Positions 1-7,119 of a stretch of DNA of 11,723 bases are shown piece after piece. Below the pieces are notes generated by a model that did no database searches, was not told where the DNA came from, and saw only the letters and a program-made list of their open reading frames with translations. How positions within the stretch are numbered: the stretch's first letter is position 1; each line of letters starts with the position of its first letter. Made by a program: the position numbers and the translations under genes. This DNA is from a virus (lineage: Duplodnaviria; Heunggongvirae; Uroviricota; Caudoviricetes), in IMG/VR virus record IMGVR_UViG_2713896789_000019, positions 1 to 11,723 of that record; one strand, given 5' to 3'.

Positions 1-906
1 CTAGTCTCCTCTGTTTGCTTGAGAGGTAGTGTGACGGTAATGGACCAGATATTTACTAACAACAGCATCCCTGCACTGAGATATAACTTCACGAAGGGTA
101 ATATTCAGAGCATCGCATTTCAGGTTAAGCGGAATAGCAAGTTTTGAACCGGTTTTTTCCTGAGTAATGTGCAACATGTCGTCCCATATATCAGAGAATT
201 TCAAATTGCAGATATCGCCTAAACGTTGTCCAGTAACAAGAGCAAGTAGCATGCCGCATTTTAAATAGGGCTGCCGTCTGCTTACGCTTTCAAATATTGC
301 CTGCCATTCGAGCAGTGACAATCTTTGGCGGTTTACTCGATTTCGCGGTTGTTTTGTTGCCTGCGCAGGGTTAAATCCTGGCGGAACATGTCCTGCGTGT
401 TGTGCTTCTTTGAAGACGTCGATCAACACCATTCTCACGACTTGCGCCATCCTGTTATGACCTTCAGCCTTTACAGCATCAATTATTTCGGCAATATCAA
501 GTGCGGTAATATCCTTGAGGTGTTGCATTCCACAATGCTCACGGAAAAGACGAATGGGTTTGCCTTTTTGCCGATAGGAGTTGGGTCTTAGTTCATTATG
601 TTGCAGCCTGTCCTCCTGGATAGAAATATATTTATCAAGCCATTCTGTCACCGTAATGTCTGAGCGCCTGCCTTTCATTCTTTCCAGACGCTCATTGACG
701 CTTAATATTTGTCTGGTACGTTGTTCAGCAATAATGGTATTTGCTTCAGTAGCAACTTGTTTTGCTTCATTCTCATCAGTTCCTAAGCTATGAAAACGAC
801 CGGATAGTGGATGTTTGTATTGCCAATATACCTTTCCGGTTCGCTTATCTAATTTGCAATATAAATTGGGTATAGAGATTTTGTGAGATCGGGGTCTAGC
901 AGCCAT
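1..906 (-). CDS. intD: Prophage tyrosine integrase (lambda Int family); the ORF ends about 70 aa before the expected catalytic His-x-x-Arg / His / Tyr region, so it is probably truncated or continues out of frame beyond the window edge
   Basis: 301-aa ORF with ATG at 904-906 (minus). The translation aligns by eye with lambda Int through the Arg box (LALVTGQRLGDI vs lambda LAVVTGQRVGDL) and Lys box (QEKTGSKLAIP vs QSKTGVKIAIP). It ends at ...HYRHTTSQANRGD before any HxLR or catalytic Tyr. The stop codon TAG (rc of 1-3) sits exactly at the window edge. Symbol inferred from DLP12 context (emrE/ybcK downstream), not verified. Confidence 0.8.
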   Translation of the reverse strand: MAARPRSHKISIPNLYCKLDKRTGKVYWQYKHPLSGRFHSLGTDENEAKQVATEANTIIAEQRTRQILSVNERLERMKGRRSDITVTEWLDKYISIQEDRLQHNELRPNSYRQKGKPIRLFREHCGMQHLKDITALDIAEIIDAVKAEGHNRMAQVVRMVLIDVFKEAQHAGHVPPGFNPAQATKQPRNRVNRQRLSLLEWQAIFESVSRRQPYLKCGMLLALVTGQRLGDICNLKFSDIWDDMLHITQEKTGSKLAIPLNLKCDALNITLREVISQCRDAVVSKYLVHYRHTTSQANRGD

Positions 907-1132
907 CAGCGATTATCCGTTGGAGTTTTGGGTTTGCGTTTATTGGGAGTTGCGGTTCTGCAAGCGTTCCTACAAAACGGGAATTTCGGTCAATCATCCA
1001 GTAGCGACCAACTTTTATAGCGGGTGGGGCCATCATTTTCCCTTGCGCGTATTTTTTCAGAACTCGCTCACTTGGTGCTAAGTCCCCAAATTCTTCTTTA
1101 GCCCAGTCCTGTAAAGTGATTAGTCGAGACAT
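896..1132 (-). CDS. xis: Excisionase (lambda Xis-like)
   Basis: 78-aa ORF immediately upstream of int, overlapping the int start by 11 nt as in lambda xis-int. Strong SD AGGAGG 4 nt upstream of the ATG at 1130-1132 (minus). N-terminus MSRLITLQDWAKEE...PPAIKVGRYWM resembles lambda Xis (MYLTLQEWNAR...PPPVKDGREYLF). Confidence 0.8.
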   Translation of the reverse strand: MSRLITLQDWAKEEFGDLAPSERVLKKYAQGKMMAPPAIKVGRYWMIDRNSRFVGTLAEPQLPINANPKLQRIIADGC

Positions 1133-1271
1133 TTGTCCTCCTCTTAGCTGCTGAGGGAGTTTGTGACCGATATATCTGACATGATATTAAGCTCATGGCA
1201 GGTACATCTCTTGACTGGTCATAGAGATAAATTTAATGCTGAGTAATGCAGTATTGAATTTATCAATTTTT

Positions 1272-1511
1272 CTATTTCCTGCGTATGGCACGTAACTTCT
1301 TAATGTGTTCTGCCGTTTCGATCTCTTCTGCTATTCGATCTGCATCAGCTTTATTCACAGGTTCAAAGTCATGATTAAAGCGGAACATGCTGGCGATACA
1401 TGTTCTGCCTTTTCGGATGTAGTGAACTTTGTTGTGGGTAGAACGCAGGATTTTGCAGGGAGTGCCGTGGTGGTCGACGTACCAGGTGTTAGGAAAAATG
1501 ATTCTGAACAT
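1272..1511 (-). CDS. Hypothetical small basic protein (79 aa), His/Cys-containing; function unknown
   Basis: ORF with a good SD (GAGGTG, 5-nt spacer) before the ATG at 1509-1511 (minus). Same orientation as the upstream cargo genes and xis-int. No family recognised by eye. Confidence 0.45.
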   Translation of the reverse strand: MFRIIFPNTWYVDHHGTPCKILRSTHNKVHYIRKGRTCIASMFRFNHDFEPVNKADADRIAEEIETAEHIKKLRAIRRK

Positions 1512-1558
1512 TTTTACACCTCAGTTGGACGATGTTGAAATTTGCTGCTTTGAAGCCA

Positions 1559-1792
1559 TCACAGTCCCCATTGTTTGTTCTTAAGTTCGATCTCCTCCTG
1601 GCAACTTGCACAAGTCCGACAACCCTGAACGGCCAGGCGTCTTCGTTCATCTATNNNNNNNNNNNNNNNNNNNNNNNNNNNNNNNNNNNNNNNNNNNNNN
1701 NNNNTGAATTGTTGGTTAATACGCTTGAGGGTGAATGCGAATAATAAAAAAGGAGCCTGTAGCTCCATGATGATTTTGTTTTTCATGCTCAC
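1559..1792 (-). CDS. Hypothetical ORF interrupted by the N-gap; frame continuity and true length unknown
   Basis: ATG at 1784-1786 (minus) with AAGGAA 8 nt upstream, about 50 nt downstream of the DGQHR gene stop. The reading frame runs into the N run at 1655-1704. The C-terminal piece contains a CxxCxxC cluster (QGCRTCASCQEE). Confidence 0.25.
   Translation of the reverse strand: MSMKNKIIMELQAPFLLFAFTLKRINQQFXXXXXXXXXXXXXXXXXIDERRRLAVQGCRTCASCQEEIELKNKQWGL
1655..1704. other. Run of 50 N: assembly/scaffold gap or masked sequence of unknown true length
   Basis: Directly visible in the sequence. Confidence 0.99.
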
Positions 1793-1843
1793 CGTTCCTT
1801 AAAGACGCCGTACAGCATGCTGATATGAGACAATGTTGATTCA

Positions 1844-2908
1844 TTAAGTTGTTTCCAGACTTCCTTTGGTAAAAGCTTGTATCAGTCTGTTTGCTGCTGC
1901 TTTCTGCGCTGCCACATTGGCAATAACAGATAGTTTTTCCTGGCTGGCTTTCGTGCAGATCCCCGCCCAGTTATCCATCAGAAAAAAATCCTCTCTTTCT
2001 GCAGAGCTGGTAGTTGCACATAGTTTTTCGATCATAGAAGTTATTTCTGCGATGGAATGATTAACCATCATCTGTTGAACCGCAAAACCGAAAGCGTTAA
2101 TCATTACTCCATGGAACTGAATATAATCGCGCTTGTACGTAGCGTGGTGTACACCATGTCGGATTGAGTCAATCTGAGTTAGTGTAATCCATGCCTCCCA
2201 GACAGATTCTATATATCCCATTTCAAGTTGTTGATTGCCGTTCCTAGCGAACTTTGACGTTGCATCAGTGAGTGCCTTGAAACTCACCCACATATTACTT
2301 TTTAATGGCACTACGTTGTGTTCAAAATCGGTTATATCGGCAAATACAGTATGTTGGGTCAGGAAGGATATCATTCCCTGAGCAATATCATCCCGGCCGT
2401 TATACGCCATATTGATGGTCGCTGATGGCTTAGAAACGTTGTTATTTATGTCCGAAAAGAACTGCTGCCGGGTTTTTAGCGGCAGATTCATTGTAAGCAT
2501 CATGGGAACCATGAGCGTTGATGGGGAACTTCGGCAAAATATCTCAATGCCAGCTGCACGATGTTGACCATCAAAAAGTTTTATTTCGGCGTCGAGGGGA
2601 ATTCTGGCTATACCAACATTTGTGTTGCCAAACGGTACAAATTCTATATTCGAATCACAGTTACCTACGAGAGGGGGAATGATAAAAGGCTCATTTCTTG
2701 AGTCTGCGTTAGTGAGATAATTTAAAAATTTTCGTACTCGATTTGGATTAATTTCTCGCTGAGAGCGTTCCAGTGTATGGCCGTAATTATCTGAAGCGAG
2801 GAAACGAGCCAGCGATCTTCCTGGTATGGTAAGGAAGAGTGTAACAGTACCACCCTGTACACCTTGCGATGCCGGAAATTCGAATGAATGATTACCAACC
2901 TGACTCAT
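1844..2908 (-). CDS. DGQHR-motif protein, DndB-like (ParB/sulfiredoxin-type) family; standalone, no dndCDE-like genes nearby
   Basis: 354-aa ORF with a strong SD (AGGAGG, 4-nt spacer) before the ATG at 2906-2908 (minus). Contains the literal motif ...EIKLFDGQHRAAGIE... that names the DGQHR domain of DndB-type proteins. GC is visibly lower than the flanking lambda-like O/P genes. Confidence 0.8.
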   Translation of the reverse strand: MSQVGNHSFEFPASQGVQGGTVTLFLTIPGRSLARFLASDNYGHTLERSQREINPNRVRKFLNYLTNADSRNEPFIIPPLVGNCDSNIEFVPFGNTNVGIARIPLDAEIKLFDGQHRAAGIEIFCRSSPSTLMVPMMLTMNLPLKTRQQFFSDINNNVSKPSATINMAYNGRDDIAQGMISFLTQHTVFADITDFEHNVVPLKSNMWVSFKALTDATSKFARNGNQQLEMGYIESVWEAWITLTQIDSIRHGVHHATYKRDYIQFHGVMINAFGFAVQQMMVNHSIAEITSMIEKLCATTSSAEREDFFLMDNWAGICTKASQEKLSVIANVAAQKAAANRLIQAFTKGSLETT

Positions 2909-3016
2909 ATATCCTCCTGTTTGTTATTTATCTTCTCAGCCAGCCGCTGTGCTTTCAGTGGATTTCTGATAACAGAAAGGCCGGGAAATACCCAGCCTCG
3001 CTTTGTAATGGAGTAG

Positions 3017-3271
3017 ACGAAAGTGATCGCGCCTAACGATATCCGTCTGATGCGTGAACGTGATGGACGTAACCACCGCGACATGTGTGTACTGTTCCGC
3101 TGGGCCTGCCAGGACAACTTCTGGTCCGGTAACGTGCTGAGTCCGGCCAAACTCCGCGACAAGTGGACCCAGCTCGAAATCAACCGGAACAAGCAACAGG
3201 CTGGCGTGACAGTCGGCAAACCAAAACTCGACCTGACAAACACTGACTGGATTTACGGGGTGGATCTATGA
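3017..3271 (+). pseudogene. O: Replication initiator protein O, C-terminal fragment only (N-terminal origin-binding part absent)
   Basis: The frame opens after a TAG at 3014-3016. The translation ends ...SPAKLRDKWTQLEINRNKQQAGVTVGKPKLDLTNTDWIYGVDL, which matches the C-terminus of lambda O as I recall it. Its stop overlaps the P start (ATGA) as in lambda. Confidence 0.75.
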
Positions 3272-3969
3272 AAAACATCGCCGCACAGATGGTTAACTTT
3301 GACCGTGAGCAGATGCGTCGGATCGCCAACAACATGCCGGAACAGTACGACGAAAAGCCACAGGTACAGCAGGTAGCGCAGATCATCAACGGTGTGTTCA
3401 GCCAGTTACTGGCAACTTTCCCGGCGAGCCTGGCTAACCGTGACCAGAATGAACTGAACGAAATCCGCCGCCAGTGGGTGCTGGCTTTTCGGGAAAACGG
3501 GATCACCACAATGGAACAGGTTAACGCTGGAATGCGCGTAGCCCGTCGGCAGAATCGACCATTCCTGCCATCACCCGGGCAGTTTGTCGCCTGGTGCCGG
3601 GAAGAAGCATCCGTTACCGCCGGGCTGCCAAACGCCAGCGAGCTGGTTGATATGGTTTACGAGTATTGCCGGAAGCGCGGGCTGTATCCGGATGCAGAGT
3701 CTTATCCGTGGAAATCAAACGCGCACTACTGGCTGGTTACCAACCTGTATCAGAACATGCGGGCCAATGCGTTGACTGACGCGGAATTACGGCGCAAGGC
3801 TGCCGATGAACTGTCCTGTATGACCGCACGAATTAACCGTGGTGAGGCTATACCTGAACCAGTAAAACAACTTCCTGTCATGGGCGGTAGACCTCTAAAT
3901 CGTGCACAGGCTCTGGCGAAGATCGCAGAAATCAAAGCTAAGTTTGGGCTGAAAGGAGCAAGGGTATGA
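3268..3969 (+). CDS. P: Replication protein P (DnaB helicase loader), lambda-type, apparently full length (233 aa)
   Basis: The translation MKNIAAQMVNFDREQMRRIANNMPEQYDEKPQVQQVAQIINGVFSQLL...KAKFGLKGARV is near-identical to lambda P as recalled. Same O-P-ren synteny and overlapping stops/starts. Confidence 0.9.
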   Translation: MKNIAAQMVNFDREQMRRIANNMPEQYDEKPQVQQVAQIINGVFSQLLATFPASLANRDQNELNEIRRQWVLAFRENGITTMEQVNAGMRVARRQNRPFLPSPGQFVAWCREEASVTAGLPNASELVDMVYEYCRKRGLYPDAESYPWKSNAHYWLVTNLYQNMRANALTDAELRRKAADELSCMTARINRGEAIPEPVKQLPVMGGRPLNRAQALAKIAEIKAKFGLKGARV

Positions 3970-4268
3970 CGGGCAAAGAGTCAATTATTCATTACCTGGG
4001 GACTCATAAGAAATTCTGTGCGCAGGACGTTGCCGCGGTAACAGGCGCAACGGTAACCAGCATAAATCAGGCTGCGGCTAAAATGGCGCGGGCAGGAATC
4101 CTAGTCGTTGATGGTAAGGTCTGGCGAACGGTGTATTATCGGTTCGCTACCAGAGAAGAATGGGAAGGAAAGGTGAGCACGAATTTGATTTTTAAGGAGT
4201 GTCGCCAGAGTGCCGCGATGAAACGGGTATTGAGGGTATATAAAAGAACATCAATGGGTACACAATGA
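3966..4268 (+). CDS. ren: Ren protein (lambda ren-like, Rex-exclusion escape)
   Basis: 100-aa ORF MTGKESIIHYLGTHKKFCAQDVAAVTGATVTSINQAAAKMARAGILVVDGKVWRTVYYRFATREE..., closely similar to lambda Ren. Start overlaps the P stop (GTATGA). Confidence 0.85.
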   Translation: MTGKESIIHYLGTHKKFCAQDVAAVTGATVTSINQAAAKMARAGILVVDGKVWRTVYYRFATREEWEGKVSTNLIFKECRQSAAMKRVLRVYKRTSMGTQ

Positions 4269-4335
4269 TGAAACAGGTGAGTTGAGTTCAAACTGTAGTA
4301 CAATTCTCTCCAGTTTGAACAGGAAAGAATATGCT

Positions 4336-4668
4336 ATGAATCCTTATATTTATCTTGGTGGTGCAATACTTGCAGAGGTCATTGGTACAACCTTAATGAA
4401 GTTTTCAGAAGGTTTTACACGGTTATGGCCATCTGTTGGTACAATTATTTGTTATTGTGCATCATTCTGGTTATTAGCTCAGACGCTGGCTTATATTCCT
4501 ACAGGGATTGCTTATGCTATCTGGTCAGGAGTCGGTATTGTCCTGATTAGCTTACTATCATGGGGATTTTTCGGCCAACGGTTGGACCTGCCAGCCATTA
4601 TAGGCATGATGTTGATTTGTGCCGGTGTGTTGGTTATTAATTTATTGTCACGAAGCACACCACATTAA
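4336..4668 (+). CDS. emrE: Small multidrug resistance (SMR) family efflux transporter EmrE
   Basis: 110-aa product MNPYIYLGGAILAEVIGTTLMKFSEGFTRLWPSVGTIICYCASFWLLAQTLAYIPTGIAYAIWSGVGIVLISLLSWGFFGQRLDLPAIIGMMLICAGVLVINLLSRSTPH matches E. coli EmrE, including the essential Glu14 context and four TM segments. The ORF-track start at 4282 is an upstream in-frame extension; the real start is the ATG at 4336. Confidence 0.95.
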   Translation: MNPYIYLGGAILAEVIGTTLMKFSEGFTRLWPSVGTIICYCASFWLLAQTLAYIPTGIAYAIWSGVGIVLISLLSWGFFGQRLDLPAIIGMMLICAGVLVINLLSRSTPH

Positions 4669-4698
4669 AAATAATTTGTTTTTAAACGACTAAAATAT

Positions 4699-4737
4699 GG
4701 AGGCTCGTATATTTATATGGGCCTCGTTTTATGCTTT
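4699..4737 (+). terminator. Possible weak intrinsic terminator downstream of emrE
   Basis: Short GC stem (GAGGC ... GCCTC) followed by TTTTATGCTTTTT. The stem is short and the loop large, so this is weak. Confidence 0.3.
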
Positions 4738-4923
4738 TTGTTAATGTCTTTAGTTTTTATTCATTCTTTTGTGCTTTCAAGATTATGGTGTAAGAAAATT
4801 GCAATACGATTATTGTTGTATATTCAAGATAATGTGACCTTAATTGTCTTTTTAAATAAAAATTAAACAAAAATCATATCTCACCACTAAGGTTTATAAA
4901 AGCATACTTTAGCAGGTGTCACC

Positions 4924-6450
4924 ATGAAAAAAGCCATAGCATATATGCGATTTTCATCACCAAGTCAGATGTCTGGTGATTCATTAAACCGCCAGAGAAG
5001 GCTTATTACTGAATGGCTAAAGGTAAATAGTGATTATTACCTTGATACCGTAACGTATGAAGATTTGGGGTTAAGCGCATTCAATGGAAAGCATGCACAA
5101 TCAGGAGCTTTTTCGGAATTTTTAGATGCTATAGAACATGGTTATATATTGCCAGGGACTACATTGTTAGTTGAAAGTCTGGACAGACTTTCAAGAGAAA
5201 AAGTCGGTGAGGCGATTGAGCGTCTGAAATTGATTTTGAATCACGGTATTGATGTTATAACTCTTTGCGATAATACAGTCTATAATATTGACTCATTGAA
5301 TGAGCCATATTCATTAATAAAAGCCATACTTATAGCACAAAGGGCAAATGAAGAAAGCGAGATAAAGTCAAGTCGGGTTAAATTATCATGGAAGAAAAAA
5401 CGGCAGGATGCACTGGAGTCAGGCACGATTATGACGGCGTCTTGTCCGAGATGGCTCTCATTGGATGACAAAAGAACGGCTTTTGTTCCAGACCCCGACA
5501 GGGTGAAAACTATTGAGCTAATTTTTAAACTCAGGATGGAAAGGCGCTCATTGAATGCAATAGCCAAGTATTTAAATGATCATGCTGTAAAGAATTTCTC
5601 AGGAAAAGAAAGTGCATGGGGACCTTCTGTAATTGAAAAATTATTAGCGAATAAAGCTCTGATAGGTATATGCGTACCTTCATATCGTGCAAGAGGTAAA
5701 GGAATAAGTGAAATCGCTGGCTATTATCCCAGAGTCATATCAGATGATTTGTTTTACGCTGTGCAGGAAATTCGGTTGGCACCTTTTGGTATTAGCAATA
5801 GTAGCAAAAATCCTATGTTGATAAATCTACTTCGAACAGTTATGAAGTGCGAGGCTTGTGGTAATACCATGATTGTTCATGCGGTATCTGGAAGTTTGCA
5901 TGGCTATTATGTTTGTCCGATGAGAAGACTGCATCGATGTGACAGGCCATCAATAAAGAGAGATTTGGTTGATTATAATATCATTAATGAGTTGCTTTTT
6001 AATTGTAGTAAAATCCAACCAGTTGAAAACAAGAAAGATGCTAATGAAACTTTAGAGTTGAAAATTATTGAGCTCCAGATGAAAATTAATAATTTAATTG
6101 CTGCATTATCTGTTGCGCCTGAAGTTACCGCTATAGCAGAAAAAATCAGAGTATTAGATAAGGAATTACGAAGGGCTTCTGTATCATTAAAAACTTTGAA
6201 GAGTAAAGCGGTGAGTTCACTTGGTGATTTTCATGCTATTGACTTAACCAGTAAAAATGGGCGAGAGCTATGTCGTACACTTGCCTATAAAACATTCGAA
6301 AAAATCATAATCAATACAGATAATAAAACCTGTGATATCTATTTTATGAATGGCATTGTTTTTAAACACTATCCTTTAATGAAAACAATATCCGCCCAGC
6401 AGGCGATAAGTACTCTCAAATATATGGTTGATGGTGAGGTTTATTTTTGA
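4924..6450 (+). CDS. ybcK: Large serine recombinase (resolvase/invertase-type catalytic domain plus recombinase and zinc-ribbon domains)
   Basis: 508-aa ORF with SD AGGTG 5 nt upstream. N-terminus AIAYMRFSSPSQ fits the serine-recombinase catalytic motif (R-x-S-x-x-x-Q). A Cys cluster CEACGN...YYVCP...HRCD fits the zinc ribbon of large serine recombinases, and a coiled-coil-like segment follows. AT-rich gene next to emrE, as in DLP12. Confidence 0.85.
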   Translation: MKKAIAYMRFSSPSQMSGDSLNRQRRLITEWLKVNSDYYLDTVTYEDLGLSAFNGKHAQSGAFSEFLDAIEHGYILPGTTLLVESLDRLSREKVGEAIERLKLILNHGIDVITLCDNTVYNIDSLNEPYSLIKAILIAQRANEESEIKSSRVKLSWKKKRQDALESGTIMTASCPRWLSLDDKRTAFVPDPDRVKTIELIFKLRMERRSLNAIAKYLNDHAVKNFSGKESAWGPSVIEKLLANKALIGICVPSYRARGKGISEIAGYYPRVISDDLFYAVQEIRLAPFGISNSSKNPMLINLLRTVMKCEACGNTMIVHAVSGSLHGYYVCPMRRLHRCDRPSIKRDLVDYNIINELLFNCSKIQPVENKKDANETLELKIIELQMKINNLIAALSVAPEVTAIAEKIRVLDKELRRASVSLKTLKSKAVSSLGDFHAIDLTSKNGRELCRTLAYKTFEKIIINTDNKTCDIYFMNGIVFKHYPLMKTISAQQAISTLKYMVDGEVYF

Positions 6451-6561
6451 GTAATAATCACTTTTTCAACCGTGCTATAGTAAGAAAGTTAGGTAAGTAC
6501 AATAAAATTATCTATCCTGAACGAAGCGTCCTGAGCTATGGTTTTACTATAGGGACTGCCA

Positions 6562-6861
6562 ATGGATGCTGGCGTTCTCGTTCTAGCAGTTCAACAATAC
6601 CCAATCACAAAACAATTCACTGATAACAAACTTTGTGCACGTGCTTGGTTATGGCGAGCAGGTGATGTGATGTTAACTGCCTGCCAGAACGTTACTCCAC
6701 TACTTCAGGTTGCGGAGCACCGCGAAGCCGGCCGCTTTACTTCTATCGAGCAAGAATATCCCCAGATACTCAACAGAGCGCGAGCAATCCTCGCCAGAGA
6801 AACGGCACATGTAAAATTCCAGCCGTGGCTGGATGATAAGTGGAGTCGAGTGTTACCATAA
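6562..6861 (+). CDS. Hypothetical protein (99 aa), unknown function
   Basis: ORF followed by a hairpin plus T-tract terminator. No convincing SD before the ATG at 6562 and no recognisable family, so it may be a gene remnant. Confidence 0.4.
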   Translation: MDAGVLVLAVQQYPITKQFTDNKLCARAWLWRAGDVMLTACQNVTPLLQVAEHREAGRFTSIEQEYPQILNRARAILARETAHVKFQPWLDDKWSRVLP

Positions 6862-6904
6862 TTCCGTCAGAATCTGTTCCAATAAAGTCACTAGTTAGAA
6901 ATAC

Positions 6905-6943
6905 TGCCAGCATTCTACGATGACGGAAGTGCTGGCATTTTTT
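6905..6943 (+). terminator. Rho-independent terminator downstream of the 99-aa ORF
   Basis: Perfect 8-bp stem TGCCAGCA (6905-6912) / TGCTGGCA (6930-6937) followed by TTTTTT (6938-6943). Confidence 0.5.
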
Positions 6944-7061
6944 GGGTAATATGCGAGTCCATTTCATAAAATACGGGTGCTGTAAACTGGACGATATAAT
7001 CTAAAATATACCATTACCAGTAGCGTTCAAATCGCTATGTGCCGATACGGATAAAATTATA

Positions 7062-7090
7062 TTGATTGTGCACATACCTTATTGGATATT
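7062..7090 (+). promoter_or_regulatory. Putative sigma70 promoter for the 169-aa ORF
   Basis: TTGATT (7062-7067), 17-nt spacer, GATATT (7085-7090), about 30 nt upstream of the ORF. The -10 is imperfect; by-eye call only. Confidence 0.3.
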
Positions 7091-7119
7091 ACTGAGGGGT
7101 ATTTATATAAGGTGTAACG

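Noticed and set aside
325-793. Plus-strand ORFs of 88 and 70 aa
   Set aside because: Both lie antisense inside the integrase gene; Cys/Leu/Ser-rich composition of the type produced by antisense frames.
1305-1744. Plus-strand ORFs of 77 and 70 aa, the latter spanning the N-gap
   Set aside because: Antisense to the 79-aa ORF and the gap-interrupted ORF, which have better start signals; the frame across the N run is meaningless.
1813-1822. 10-bp perfect palindrome CAGCATGCTG between the DGQHR gene and the next ORF
   Set aside because: Could be an operator or a hairpin, but it is short, has no flanking T-tract and no repeated copies, so it is insufficient to call a regulatory site.
2905-3509. 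Minus-strand ORFs of 112, 86 and 109 aa
   Set aside because: They are antisense to the O remnant and the 5' part of P, whose sense frames are near-identical to lambda proteins. No SD. Spurious.
5280-5567. 95-aa minus-strand ORF
   Set aside because: Entirely inside the serine recombinase gene on the opposite strand. AT-rich DNA gives few stops in antisense frames.
6475-6552. 9-bp inverted repeat CTATAGTAA / TTACTATAG spaced about 60 bp apart, downstream of the serine recombinase gene
   Set aside because: Considered as a possible recombinase attachment site, but a 9-bp inverted repeat at this spacing in AT-rich DNA is expected by chance several times in a window this size.
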